Made by a program: the position numbers and the translations under genes
In this document: positions 9,089 through 18,385 of the stretch, piece by piece
Layout: every line of letters starts with the position of its first letter
Numbering within the stretch: the first letter of the stretch is position 1
The notes under the pieces: model-generated
Told to the model about the DNA's origin: nothing
Seen by the model: only the letters and a program-made list of their open reading frames with translations
Databases searched by the model: none
DNA from: Candidatus Latescibacterota bacterium
GTDB taxonomy: Bacteria; Latescibacterota; UBA2968; UBA8231
Assembly: GCA_965205655.1 (NCBI GenBank)
Contig: CBDBIJ010000122.1
Location: 1 to 26,871, forward strand
Direction: 5' to 3'
Length of the DNA: 26,871 nucleotides

Positions 9089-10048
9089 CTACAGGAGAGT
9101 TCCCTGATTCTCGTCCTCGTCCCTGCGGAAATACTCCTCGATACTGAAGTAGCGGGTCCCGGTGTCGGCCAGGATGGTGACGACCTGGTCGTCCGCAGTA
9201 TACCGCTGTGCAACCTCGCGGGCGGCCAGCACGGCGGCACCTGAAGAGATCCCCACCAGGAGAGCCTCCTGTCTGGCCAGCGCCTCGCTCATCTGAAAGG
9301 CTTCGCGGTCGTCGACCGCAATCACCTCGTCGATTATATCACGATTCAACACGGACGGCACGAATCCGGCGCCGATACCTTCAATGGCATGTGGTCCGGC
9401 GGGTTTTCCTCTCAACACCGCCGAAGCAGCCGGCTCCACAGCGATGACTCTCACATCGGGCAGTTCGGCTTTCAACACTTCGCCAACACCTGTTATGGTT
9501 CCGCCGGTGCCGACTCCGGCAACGAAGGCGGACACTCTACCGCCGGTGGCTTGCAGTATTTCCGGCCCCGTGGTCTGTCGGTGCACCTCGGGATTCGCCG
9601 GATTATCGAATTGCCGCAGCTCGATGCAGTTCGCGCTCTGAGAGACGATTTCGCGCGCCCTCCGACCGGCGCCCTCCATGTCTCCGGATCCGGGAGTGAT
9701 CACGACTTCGGCCCCATAGCGGGCGACCAGCGCCCGGCGTTCGAAGCTCATCGTCTCCGGCATGGTCAGAATCAAACGGTAGTTCCGCGCTGCACACAGC
9801 ATGGCGAGCCCGATGCCGGTGTTGCCGCTGGTGGACTCGACAATCGTCATTCCCGGCTTCAGGTTCCCCGACCGCTCTGCATCATCAATCATGTTTTGCG
9901 CGATGCGGTCCTTGACGCTACCCCCCGGGTTCAAGTACTCCATCTTGGCCAGAATCGCAGCGCCTCCCGGCGGCGACAGGTTTTCCAACCTCATCATCGG
10001 GGTGGCGCCGATGATCTCCGATACCCGGTTCGATATTGAATTTCGCAT
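9089..10048 (-). CDS. cysK: Cysteine synthase A (O-acetylserine sulfhydrylase)
   Basis: Motifs: KMEYLNPGGSVKDR (PLP Lys), ESTSGNTGIGLA, QFDNPANPEVH, GVGTGGT, GPHAIEGIGAGFVP, GISSGA. Confidence 0.93.
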   Translation of the reverse strand: MRNSISNRVSEIIGATPMMRLENLSPPGGAAILAKMEYLNPGGSVKDRIAQNMIDDAERSGNLKPGMTIVESTSGNTGIGLAMLCAARNYRLILTMPETMSFERRALVARYGAEVVITPGSGDMEGAGRRAREIVSQSANCIELRQFDNPANPEVHRQTTGPEILQATGGRVSAFVAGVGTGGTITGVGEVLKAELPDVRVIAVEPAASAVLRGKPAGPHAIEGIGAGFVPSVLNRDIIDEVIAVDDREAFQMSEALARQEALLVGISSGAAVLAAREVAQRYTADDQVVTILADTGTRYFSIEEYFRRDEDENQGTLL

Positions 10049-10109
10049 GAGTGGCTCCGGAGCTAGCGGTCTCGGTATGAACGTAGAATCAGTATAGCGC
10101 CGCTCGCTT

Positions 10110-11111
10110 TCAAGTTGGCCTCAGCAACCGGCGCAGCGCGCGGCCGGCGTTCAACAGGCGATTTTGACATCTCTCAACTGCAAAGTAGGACACCAGGTCA
10201 CCGCCGAAGCCGCGCTTGAAGAGAGCGATGCCGGGAATGTTGGCGCCGACGAAGTCGAAGCGCTGGTAGGGGGACTGCTGCAGCAGTTTCCAGTAGAGCA
10301 GAGAGGTAGCGCCGCTGTCCTTGAAGGAGGGGTCGGCTCCTGCGATCCAGGCATAGATACTGTCGAACCCGCGAACGAAGACGACGATGCTGGCGGGATG
10401 TCCCAAGGAATCCTCAACGAGGTATGCCTCGGCGAAGCCGCTGCCACCGGCTTCTTCCACAAAGCGCTGCACGACAGCGGCTGCAACGGGAGTGTCGCCG
10501 TTGCGGCTTGAGTAGACGAGCTCGTATTGGCGCCGCAACAGGTCCGTGTCTTCGGTGGCTCTGAAGCGGAAGCCCTCGCTTTCGGCCTTGCGAATGACAG
10601 CGCGGGTCCGACGCTCGAGCCCGTCCCACAGTTTCCCGCGGTCAATCAGAGGAATCTCATACGTGTAGCGGGGTCGCACTTCCCAGTCAGACCAGATGAA
10701 CTGCCTCATATCCGTTATTGCCGGTGCATGAGTTAGATGGAGGTCTGTGTAGTCGGAGGTGAGGAACTGGATCAAACTCCGTGCGGCGCCGCCGTGCTCG
10801 GACTCCCAACGGGCCGGGCTAGCGCTGTCCACTGGATGGAACATGAAGCCGCCGTGGGGGCTCAGGTCGGGAGTCACGAGACCCTTCACATGGCCGCGCC
10901 TCAGCTCGATTCCGGAGACACCGGCAACCAGTTGGCCTTTCCTGTAGCAACCGTACATCCTCGACTCGTGGCCGGTGGCGCCCGCGGCACAGGCGAGCCA
11001 GCCACTCGTGGAAAAGACGGTTCCACCGACAGCGCCGCGGACAAACGAGTCCCACAGGGAGCAGTCCGTCACCGCGGCGATTTCGAAGGAGTCCCGGTCA
11101 CTCATAGCCAT
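10110..11111 (-). CDS. GNAT/FemAB-like acetyltransferase domain protein
   Basis: Motifs: WDSFV...GTVFSTSGWL, IRKAESEG, YAWIAG, GATSLLYW, FDFVGANIPGIALFKRGFGG. The start could be 11120, 11111 or 11105. Confidence 0.8.
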   Translation of the reverse strand: MAMSDRDSFEIAAVTDCSLWDSFVRGAVGGTVFSTSGWLACAAGATGHESRMYGCYRKGQLVAGVSGIELRRGHVKGLVTPDLSPHGGFMFHPVDSASPARWESEHGGAARSLIQFLTSDYTDLHLTHAPAITDMRQFIWSDWEVRPRYTYEIPLIDRGKLWDGLERRTRAVIRKAESEGFRFRATEDTDLLRRQYELVYSSRNGDTPVAAAVVQRFVEEAGGSGFAEAYLVEDSLGHPASIVVFVRGFDSIYAWIAGADPSFKDSGATSLLYWKLLQQSPYQRFDFVGANIPGIALFKRGFGGDLVSYFAVERCQNRLLNAGRALRRLLRPT

Positions 11112-11113
11112 TC

Positions 11114-11142
11114 TTGACACTCATTGGGTCGGGGTCTATGTT
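11114..11142 (+). promoter_or_regulatory. sigma70-type promoter for the ilvC-leu operon
   Basis: TTGACA at 11114-11119, a 17-nt spacer, then TATGTT at 11137-11142. Confidence 0.65.
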
Positions 11143-11252
11143 ACCTCGTCGGCACTATTCGTAACTCGTTGGCACTTATGGGCTTTGCAATGCACGCCGA
11201 GTTGAATGTTCGACCCGATTTCGCCGCTGGCTTCCATGCCAGGGGTGTGGGC

Positions 11253-11315
11253 GTGCTGCGCCGTCTTCCGATTCTGCTGCTCGTCAGCCCGCTTCTTACC
11301 GGCCTCATCGAGTAG
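11253..11315 (+). CDS. Putative branched-chain amino-acid leader peptide (MLRRLPILLLVSPLLTGLIE)
   Basis: GTG start follows AGGGGT (11241-11246). The 19 post-start codons include 8 Leu, 2 Ile and 1 Val. It lies in the 5' leader of ilvC-leuACDB. In-frame upstream starts exist (e.g. ATG 11190). Confidence 0.55.
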   Translation: MLRRLPILLLVSPLLTGLIE

Positions 11316-11449
11316 GCTCCTCTCCTCTTCCTGACAATTCAAGAAACGGATGGAGCCTCTGAAGAGATTCAAAGGCAGTCATAAGACTGTGTGTAGAGAG
11401 CCAGCTGTGATTACAACCCCGCATGTGAAATAGACAGGAGATTCAGACG

Positions 11450-12445
11450 ATGCAAATGTACTACGACGACGACGCGAACATAGAATTGCTCGGCGACAAG
11501 ACAGTCGCCGTGATCGGCTACGGCAGCCAGGGACATGCCCATTCGCTCAATCTCAAGGAAAGTGGCGTTGAGGTCGTCGTCGGTCTTCGCGAGGGAAGTG
11601 CGCGACGCGCCGAGGCGGAAGAGGCCGGTCTGAAGGTACTCGGAGTTCCGGAGGCGGCCAAGGCCGGGGACATTGTCATGATTCTCATCAACGACGAAGT
11701 CCAGCGGGGCGTCTACGAAGCGGATATCAAGCCGAATCTCGAAGGGGGCAACTGCCTCGCCTTCGCCCACGGGTTCAACATTCACTTCGGTCAGGTGGTG
11801 CCCGCGAAAGACGTCGACGTCTTCATGGTGGCGCCGAAGGGTCCGGGACACCTCGTACGCCGGGTGTACGAAGAGGGTGGCGGTGTGCCCGGGCTGCTGG
11901 CGATCTATCAGGATGCGTCCGGGCGCGCTCATCAGGTAGGACTGGCCTACGCCAAGGGAATCGGCTGCACGAGGGCGGGCGTCATCGAGACAACCTTTGA
12001 GGAAGAGACCGAGACAGATCTGTTCGGCGAGCAGGTTGTGCTGTGCGGCGGCATGACCGAACTGATCAGAGCTGCCTTCGACACGCTCGTCGAAGCGGGG
12101 TATCAACCCGAGGTGGCCTATTTCGAGTGCCTGCACGAAGTAAAACTGATCGTCGACCTCATCTACGAAGGGGGCATCGCCAATATGCGCTCCTCCATTT
12201 CCGACACCGCCGAGTACGGCGACTTGACACGTGGCAAAAAGGTGGTGACGGAAGAGACGCGCAAGATCATGAAAGGGATCCTCAGCGATATCCAGACCGG
12301 GCAGTTTGCCAAGGAGTGGATCGCGGAGAACCAGGTAGGTCGCCCGGTCTACACGGCCCGCAAGCGACAGGACCAGCAGCATCTCATCGAGGAGGTGGGC
12401 GGAAAGCTGCGCGGCATGATGAGCTGGCTGGACGAAAAGAAGTAG
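11450..12445 (+). CDS. ilvC: Ketol-acid reductoisomerase (class I)
   Basis: Motifs: [77 protein letters not shown]. Confidence 0.97.
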   Translation: MQMYYDDDANIELLGDKTVAVIGYGSQGHAHSLNLKESGVEVVVGLREGSARRAEAEEAGLKVLGVPEAAKAGDIVMILINDEVQRGVYEADIKPNLEGGNCLAFAHGFNIHFGQVVPAKDVDVFMVAPKGPGHLVRRVYEEGGGVPGLLAIYQDASGRAHQVGLAYAKGIGCTRAGVIETTFEEETETDLFGEQVVLCGGMTELIRAAFDTLVEAGYQPEVAYFECLHEVKLIVDLIYEGGIANMRSSISDTAEYGDLTRGKKVVTEETRKIMKGILSDIQTGQFAKEWIAENQVGRPVYTARKRQDQQHLIEEVGGKLRGMMSWLDEKK

Positions 12446-12460
12446 CAGGAGGAGAGAGAC

Positions 12461-14002
12461 ATGGACGAAAGCAGAGTATACGTCTTCGACACGACGTTGA
12501 GAGACGCGGAGCAGACACCGGGCGCGTCCCTGACAGTACCCGACAAGCTGGAGATCGCGCACCAGCTCGCCCGTCTCAACGTAGATATCATCGAGGCGGG
12601 CTTTCCGGTCTCCTCGAACGAAGATTTCGAGGCGGTGCGCAGGATCGCCCACGAGGTGGAAGGGCCGAGAGTTTGTGGCCTGGCGCGGGCAATCGACAAA
12701 GACATCGATCGAGCCGGTGAGGCGCTCAAGGGCGGTGCCTGCACGAGGATTCACACCTTCATCGGCACCTCCCCGGGTCACCAGGCAATGATGGGCAAAA
12801 CGCCCGAGGCGGTGCTGAAGATGGCCGTGGACGCTGTCGAAAGGGCGGGGTCGCACTGCGACAACGTCGAGTTCTCGCCGATGGACGCGACGCGCACGGA
12901 TGCGGCGTATCTGAACGAGGTCGTGGAGGCCACGATCGCCGCCGGGGCGACGACGATCAACATTCCCGACACCGTCGGGTATACAGTGCCGCACCAGTTC
13001 GACGAGCTCATTGGCGGTATAATCGAAAGAGTGCCGAATGTCCGCGACGCCGTCATCAGCGTTCACTGTCACGACGATCTGGGAATGGCGGTGGCGAACA
13101 CGCTGACGGCGTTGACGTCGGGAGCCCGTCAGGTGGAGTGCACGATCAACGGGCTTGGAGAGCGGGCCGGGAATGCCTCTCTGGAGGAGGTGGTGATGGC
13201 CCTGGCGACCCGCGAGGACTATTACGATTTGTTCACCGAGGTGGTGACGAAGGAGATCATCGCCACGAGCCGCATGGTGAGCCGTCTGATGGGGATCATG
13301 GTGCCGCCGAACAAGGCGATCGTCGGTGCCAACGCCTTCGCCCACAGCTCGGGCATCCACCAGGACGGCGTCCTCAAAGACCGCACCAATTTCGAGATCA
13401 TGTCACCGCGAGACGTTGGTCTGGACGACACGGCCATCGTTCTCACAGCGAGATCGGGTCGTCACGCTCTGCGGCACCGGCTGGAGGAGCTGGGATATCA
13501 CCTGTCCCAGGAGGAGCTGAACAAAGCCTACGACCGCTTTCTGACGGTGGCAGACAAGAAGAAGGAAGTGTTCGACGAAGACCTGATGGCCATCGTCGGA
13601 GACGAGATCAGCCACGTGCCGGAGAAGTTCAAGCTCGAGTATCTCCACACGGTGAGTGGTAGCAGCACCGTGCCCTCGGCGACGGTGCGGATCCTCATCG
13701 ACGGCGAAGAAAAGGTTCAGAAATCGGCCTGGGGTGACGGGCCGGTAGACGCCACCTACGAGGCGATCAATCAGGCGACGGGCTCCGAAGCGCAGGTGGA
13801 CGAATATGTCATCCAGGCAATCACGAGCGGCAGCCAGGCCATGGGCGAGGTCATGGTGAGGGTGTCCGAGAGCCACATGAAAATGACCGGGCGCGGCGCT
13901 TCGACGGACGTGATTGAGGCGAGTGCCAAGGCATATGTGGATGCACTCAACCGCCTGGCGGCGCAGCGGGGACGGGCGCGACAACAGGCGCAGGCGGTAT
14001 AG
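12461..14002 (+). CDS. leuA: 2-isopropylmalate synthase
   Basis: Motifs: FDTTLRDAEQ, INIPDTVG, SVHCHDDLG, NGLGERAGNA, NKAIVGANAFAHSSGIHQDG, and a C-terminal regulatory domain (GDGPVDA). Confidence 0.95.
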   Translation: MDESRVYVFDTTLRDAEQTPGASLTVPDKLEIAHQLARLNVDIIEAGFPVSSNEDFEAVRRIAHEVEGPRVCGLARAIDKDIDRAGEALKGGACTRIHTFIGTSPGHQAMMGKTPEAVLKMAVDAVERAGSHCDNVEFSPMDATRTDAAYLNEVVEATIAAGATTINIPDTVGYTVPHQFDELIGGIIERVPNVRDAVISVHCHDDLGMAVANTLTALTSGARQVECTINGLGERAGNASLEEVVMALATREDYYDLFTEVVTKEIIATSRMVSRLMGIMVPPNKAIVGANAFAHSSGIHQDGVLKDRTNFEIMSPRDVGLDDTAIVLTARSGRHALRHRLEELGYHLSQEELNKAYDRFLTVADKKKEVFDEDLMAIVGDEISHVPEKFKLEYLHTVSGSSTVPSATVRILIDGEEKVQKSAWGDGPVDATYEAINQATGSEAQVDEYVIQAITSGSQAMGEVMVRVSESHMKMTGRGASTDVIEASAKAYVDALNRLAAQRGRARQQAQAV

Positions 14003-14017
14003 GCCAGGAGTCAGATA

Positions 14018-15421
14018 ATGTCAGAGAATCTTTTCGAGAAAGTGTGGCGACAACACTCATTACGAGAGCTTCCGTCGGGGCAGACGCAGCTGTTCATCGG
14101 ACTGCACCTCGTTCACGAAGTGACGAGCCCACAGGCTTTCCAGATGCTGCGCGAACGGGGGCTGAGCGTGCTTCATCCCGAGCGCACCTTCGCCACCGCC
14201 GACCACATCATACCCACCGACGTACGCCAGCGGCCGTTTCTCGACGAACTGGCCGAGGAGATGATGGTCGCCATCGAGCAGAATGCGGAAGACTTCGACA
14301 TCCCGTTCTACGGAATGGACGACTCGCGACAGGGGATCGTTCACGTGATCGGACCGGAACTCGGCCTGACGCAGCCGGGAATGACGATTGCCTGCGGCGA
14401 CAGTCACACCTCTACCCACGGAGCCTTCGGTGCCATCGCCTTCGGCATCGGCACGAGTCAGGTGCGGGATGTGCTGGCGTCGCAGTGCCTGGCGATGGCG
14501 CGTCCGCAGGTGAGGCGCGTCGAGCTTCACGGAGCGCTCGGCGAGGGGGTCTACGCCAAGGACGTGACGCTCACCGTCATCAACCGCCTCGGCGTCAAGG
14601 GCGGTGTGGGATATGCCTACGAGTACGCCGGCGAGATCATAGACAAAATGAACATGGAGGAGCGGATGACGGTGTGCAACATGTCGATCGAAGGCGGCGC
14701 CCGTTGCGGCTACGTCAATCCGGACGACACGACGTTCGAGTATCTGCGCGGGCGAACGCATGCTCCTCAAGGTGATGCTTTCGAGCGAGCGACAGAATGG
14801 TGGCGCTCGATGGCGTCCGCCCCGAATGCGTCCTATGACGACGTCTTCGAGATGGATGGTGCCGACATAGGGCCCACGGTGACCTGGGGAATCAACCCGG
14901 GCCAGTCGTGCAGCGTCGATGACGCCATTCCCGAACCGTCAACGTTTCCCGATTCGGAGCGAGCCGGCGTCGAGGAGGCGCTCGAGTTCATGGAATTCAA
15001 GGTGGGCGACCCCATCGCGGGGACGCCGATCGATGTCGCCTTCATCGGCTCGTGCACGAACTCACGCCTCTCCGATTTGAGGGAGGCGGCACGGGTGGCC
15101 AAGGGACGCAAAGTCAAGCCGGGTACGAGGGCGCTGGTGGTGCCGGGGTCGTTTCAGGTGCGCATGGCGGCAGAGGAAGAGGGGCTCAACGAGGTTTTCG
15201 AGGAAGCGGGATTCGAATGGCGCGAGGCGGGCTGTTCGATGTGTCTGGCCATGAATCCGGACAAGCTTGAGGGCCGTGAGCTGTGCGCCTCGTCCAGCAA
15301 TCGAAACTTCAAGGGACGTCAGGGGAGCCCCACCGGACGGACACTGCTGATGAGTCCGGCCATGGTGGCGGCCGCGGCTGTCGCCGGTGAAGTCACCGAC
15401 GTGCGGACGATGTTGAACTGA
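14018..15421 (+). CDS. leuC: 3-isopropylmalate dehydratase large subunit
   Basis: Motifs: [50 protein letters not shown]. Confidence 0.97.
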   Translation: MSENLFEKVWRQHSLRELPSGQTQLFIGLHLVHEVTSPQAFQMLRERGLSVLHPERTFATADHIIPTDVRQRPFLDELAEEMMVAIEQNAEDFDIPFYGMDDSRQGIVHVIGPELGLTQPGMTIACGDSHTSTHGAFGAIAFGIGTSQVRDVLASQCLAMARPQVRRVELHGALGEGVYAKDVTLTVINRLGVKGGVGYAYEYAGEIIDKMNMEERMTVCNMSIEGGARCGYVNPDDTTFEYLRGRTHAPQGDAFERATEWWRSMASAPNASYDDVFEMDGADIGPTVTWGINPGQSCSVDDAIPEPSTFPDSERAGVEEALEFMEFKVGDPIAGTPIDVAFIGSCTNSRLSDLREAARVAKGRKVKPGTRALVVPGSFQVRMAAEEEGLNEVFEEAGFEWREAGCSMCLAMNPDKLEGRELCASSSNRNFKGRQGSPTGRTLLMSPAMVAAAAVAGEVTDVRTMLN

Positions 15422-15431
15422 GGCTATCAAA

Positions 15432-16031
15432 ATGACGAATGCGATCTCATCGAGTGTACGGGAAATCACCGGAAGAGCCGTGGTCGTGCGCGGCAATGAC
15501 ATTGACACCGACCGCATCATTCCCGCGCGTTTTCTGCGCACCGTTACATTCGAGCACCTCGGCCCCCATGTGTTCGAAGACGCGCGCGCAGCCGGCGGCC
15601 ATCCCTTCGATGAAGCGCGCTTTCAGGGCGCGTCGATTCTGCTGGTGAACAAGAATTTCGGCTGTGGCTCCTCCCGGGAGCACGCGCCTCAGGCGCTCAT
15701 GCGCTGGGGTATCGACGGGTTCGTGGGGGAGTCCTTCGCCGAGATCTTCTTCGGCAACTGCATCGCTCTCGGACTGCCGTGCATGAAGGTATCCGAGACG
15801 GACGCGAGCAGGTTGATGGACGCCGTCGAGGCCGATCCCACCGTCGAGCTGTCGCTGAACGTGGTCGACCAGATCGTTCGCTGTGGCTATGTGCAGGTCG
15901 ATGCAACCATCCCCGACGGCACCAAAGAGCAGTTCGTCAAGGGGACATGGGATGCGCTGGGCCAGCTGCTCGAGGACAAGGCTGCCATTGAGAGTGCGGC
16001 GACGGGACTGCCGTATATCAAAGGGTTCTGA
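15432..16031 (+). CDS. leuD: 3-isopropylmalate dehydratase small subunit
   Basis: Motifs: NDIDTDRIIPARFL, NFGCGSSREHAP, SFAEIFFGN. Confidence 0.96.
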   Translation: MTNAISSSVREITGRAVVVRGNDIDTDRIIPARFLRTVTFEHLGPHVFEDARAAGGHPFDEARFQGASILLVNKNFGCGSSREHAPQALMRWGIDGFVGESFAEIFFGNCIALGLPCMKVSETDASRLMDAVEADPTVELSLNVVDQIVRCGYVQVDATIPDGTKEQFVKGTWDALGQLLEDKAAIESAATGLPYIKGF

Positions 16032-16052
16032 CGAGGGATTCAGGAGGAAGAT

Positions 16053-17102
16053 TTGCACAAGATCGCAGTGGTGCCTGGAGATGGCACAGGGCCTGAGGTG
16101 GTGGCCGAAGGGCTGAAGGTTCTGGAGGCCGTAGCCGCCAAGGTGGGATTAAAATACGAGACGACCGAGTTCGACTTCGGGGGAGATCGATATCTGAGGA
16201 CGAACGAGGTCCTGCCGGAGTCGGCAGTCGAGGAGTTGCGGCAGTTCGACGTCATCTACCTCGGAGCCATCGGACATCCCGAGGTGAAACCGGGCATTCT
16301 GGAGAAGGGGATTCTGCTGCGGCTGCGCTTCGAGCTCGATCAGTACATCAATCTGCGCCCGGTCAAGCTGTATCCGAACGTGGAGACACCGCTCGTTGGC
16401 AAGGGGCCGGACGAGATCGATTTCGTCGTGGTGCGCGAGAACACGGAGGGGCTCTACGCCGGGGCGGGCGGTTTTCTGAAGAAGGGAACTGCGGATGAGG
16501 TGGCCGTACAGGAGTCGATCAACACGCGCAAGGGCGTGGAGCGATGCGTGCGCTACGCCTTCGACTACACGGAGCGGCGCAACAAGACCAGAACTCTGAC
16601 TCTGTGCGGCAAGACGAACGTATTGACCTTCGCCATGGACTTGTGGGAGCGTGTCTTCAACGAAGTCGGCGAAGCGGATTATCCAGGGATCAAACGCGAT
16701 TACGCTCACGTGGACGCCATCTGTATGTGGATGGTAAAGAACCCCGAGTGGTTCGACGTCGTCGTTGTGGACAACATGTTCGGCGACATCATCACAGATC
16801 TGGGCGCCATGGTCCAGGGCGGGATGGGAATCGCGGCAGGTGGCAACATCAACCCCGAAGGCGTCTCCATGTTCGAGCCGATCGGTGGCTCGGCACCGAA
16901 GTACACGGGCCAGAATGTGATCAATCCGATCGCCGCCATCGAGGCGTGCCGGCTGATGGTGGAGACGCTCGGAGAGGGGCAAGCCGCGCAGCTCGTCCAG
17001 GCAGCGGTCGTGTCGACGCTTGGGAAGATGAAGGGAATGGGAGCGGGGCAAATGGGATACTCGACGAGCGAAGTCGGAGACCTCGTGTCAGAGGCCATAT
17101 AG
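16053..17102 (+). CDS. leuB: 3-isopropylmalate dehydrogenase
   Basis: Motifs: PGDGTGPEV, YINLRP, VRENTEGLY, NMFGDIITD, FEPIGGSAP. TTG start follows AGGAGG, and the gene sits in the leu operon. Confidence 0.92.
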   Translation: MHKIAVVPGDGTGPEVVAEGLKVLEAVAAKVGLKYETTEFDFGGDRYLRTNEVLPESAVEELRQFDVIYLGAIGHPEVKPGILEKGILLRLRFELDQYINLRPVKLYPNVETPLVGKGPDEIDFVVVRENTEGLYAGAGGFLKKGTADEVAVQESINTRKGVERCVRYAFDYTERRNKTRTLTLCGKTNVLTFAMDLWERVFNEVGEADYPGIKRDYAHVDAICMWMVKNPEWFDVVVVDNMFGDIITDLGAMVQGGMGIAAGGNINPEGVSMFEPIGGSAPKYTGQNVINPIAAIEACRLMVETLGEGQAAQLVQAAVVSTLGKMKGMGAGQMGYSTSEVGDLVSEAI

Positions 17103-17134
17103 CGCTTGCGGACTCGCATGGCCGCAGAGAGCCG

Positions 17135-17165
17135 AAAGGGCGCCCGTTGCGGCGCCTTTGTTTTT
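17135..17165 (+). terminator. Intrinsic (Rho-independent) terminator after leuB
   Basis: AAAGGGCGCC-cgttgc-GGCGCCTTT hairpin followed by GTTTTT. Confidence 0.75.
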
Positions 17166-17182
17166 GAGAAGAAGGTGAAAAG

Positions 17183-18385
17183 GTGAACGCGCTAGACAGA
17201 GGCGGAATCACATCGCCTCGGGGATTCCAGGCGGCGGGCATCCACGCCGGCGTCAAGTCGGATTCGCAGATCAAGGATCTGGCTCTCGTGTTTTCGAGCT
17301 CGCCGGCGAACGCCGCGGCCGTCTTCACCACGAACAAGGTTCACGGCGCGCCGATCGAGGTGAATCGCGATCACTTGAAAAACGGTCGAGCCCGCGCCGT
17401 CATCCTGAACAGCGGCAACGCCAATGCCTGCACCGGAGAGCAGGGCTTGGTCAACGCTCGCCGAATGTGCGAGCTCGCGGCAGCGCCTGTGGGAGTTAGT
17501 GCGGAAGAGGTGTTGGTGTGCTCCACCGGCATCATCGGGGTCCAACTGCCGATGGCGGCCATCGAGGCCGGAATACCGCGGGTGGCGGCAGCACTGAGCG
17601 ACGATGGCGCTCTGGACGCAGCCGAAGCGATCATGACGACGGACACGGTGCCGAAAAGCTGCGCGGTCGAGGTCGATCTGAAAGGGACGGTCGTGCGGGT
17701 GGGAGCCATGGCCAAGGGTGCGGCAATGATTGCCCCGAACATGGCGACGATGCTGTCGGTGGTGGGGACAGATGCGGCCGCGCCGTCCGCAATGCTGAAG
17801 GAGATGCTGACCGACGCAGTGCAGCGATCGTTCAACTGCATCACCATCGACGGTGACATGAGCACGAGCGATACGGTTATCCTGATGGCCAACGGCGCCG
17901 CCGGTGCCCCCGAGGTAGGCGATGGAGACGCCGGGGCACTGTTCGAAGGCGTCGAGGCCGTCTGTCGTCAGATGGCCAAGGCGATTGCCAGCGATGCAGA
18001 AGGAATATCGACGTTGATAAGGATCCAGGTGGAAGGCGCCCGCAGCGAGTCCGAAGCGAGACAGGTAGGGCTCGCGGTGGCCAACTCGAACCTCGTGAAG
18101 ACGGCCGTGTTCGGCAACGACCCGAACTGGGGCCGCATCCTGTGCGCGGTCGGCTACTCAGGCGTCGACATCGATCCGAATCTGGTCGAGGTGAGGTTGT
18201 GCGGAACGACCATCTTCGGCTCGGGCGCCGGCCGCCAGTTCGACGACGCTGCTCTCAGCAAGGCCATGGCGGCTGCCGAAGTGGAGATCGGCATCGAACT
18301 GGGAATGGGATCGGCGATGGCGGAGGTTTTCACCAGCGATCTGACGTATGAGTACGTAAGGCTCAACGCGGAGTACACCACATGA
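17183..18385 (+). CDS. argJ: Glutamate N-acetyltransferase / ornithine acetyltransferase
   Basis: Motifs: NSGNANACTG, CSTGIIG, IMTTDT, KGAAMIAPNMATML (autoprocessing Thr), IDGDMSTSD, DPNWGRI, YVRLNAEYTT. Confidence 0.96.
   Translation: MNALDRGGITSPRGFQAAGIHAGVKSDSQIKDLALVFSSSPANAAAVFTTNKVHGAPIEVNRDHLKNGRARAVILNSGNANACTGEQGLVNARRMCELAAAPVGVSAEEVLVCSTGIIGVQLPMAAIEAGIPRVAAALSDDGALDAAEAIMTTDTVPKSCAVEVDLKGTVVRVGAMAKGAAMIAPNMATMLSVVGTDAAAPSAMLKEMLTDAVQRSFNCITIDGDMSTSDTVILMANGAAGAPEVGDGDAGALFEGVEAVCRQMAKAIASDAEGISTLIRIQVEGARSESEARQVGLAVANSNLVKTAVFGNDPNWGRILCAVGYSGVDIDPNLVEVRLCGTTIFGSGAGRQFDDAALSKAMAAAEVEIGIELGMGSAMAEVFTSDLTYEYVRLNAEYTT

Noticed and set aside
11136..11372. 78-aa minus-strand ORF in the ilvC leader
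   Set aside because: It has no motif or RBS and is antisense to the better-supported leader peptide.
11143..11449. T-box riboswitch or sigma54 promoter in the ilvC leader
   Set aside because: There is no T-box UGGNACC antiterminator motif. TGGCAC and TTGC are 9 nt apart instead of the required 5.
11411..13360. 649-aa minus-strand ORF and similar long antisense ORFs (890-2089, 16149-17051, 18154-19029, 22415-23305)
   Set aside because: They lie antisense to well-supported genes and have no recognisable motifs. Such shadow ORFs are expected from GC3 codon bias.
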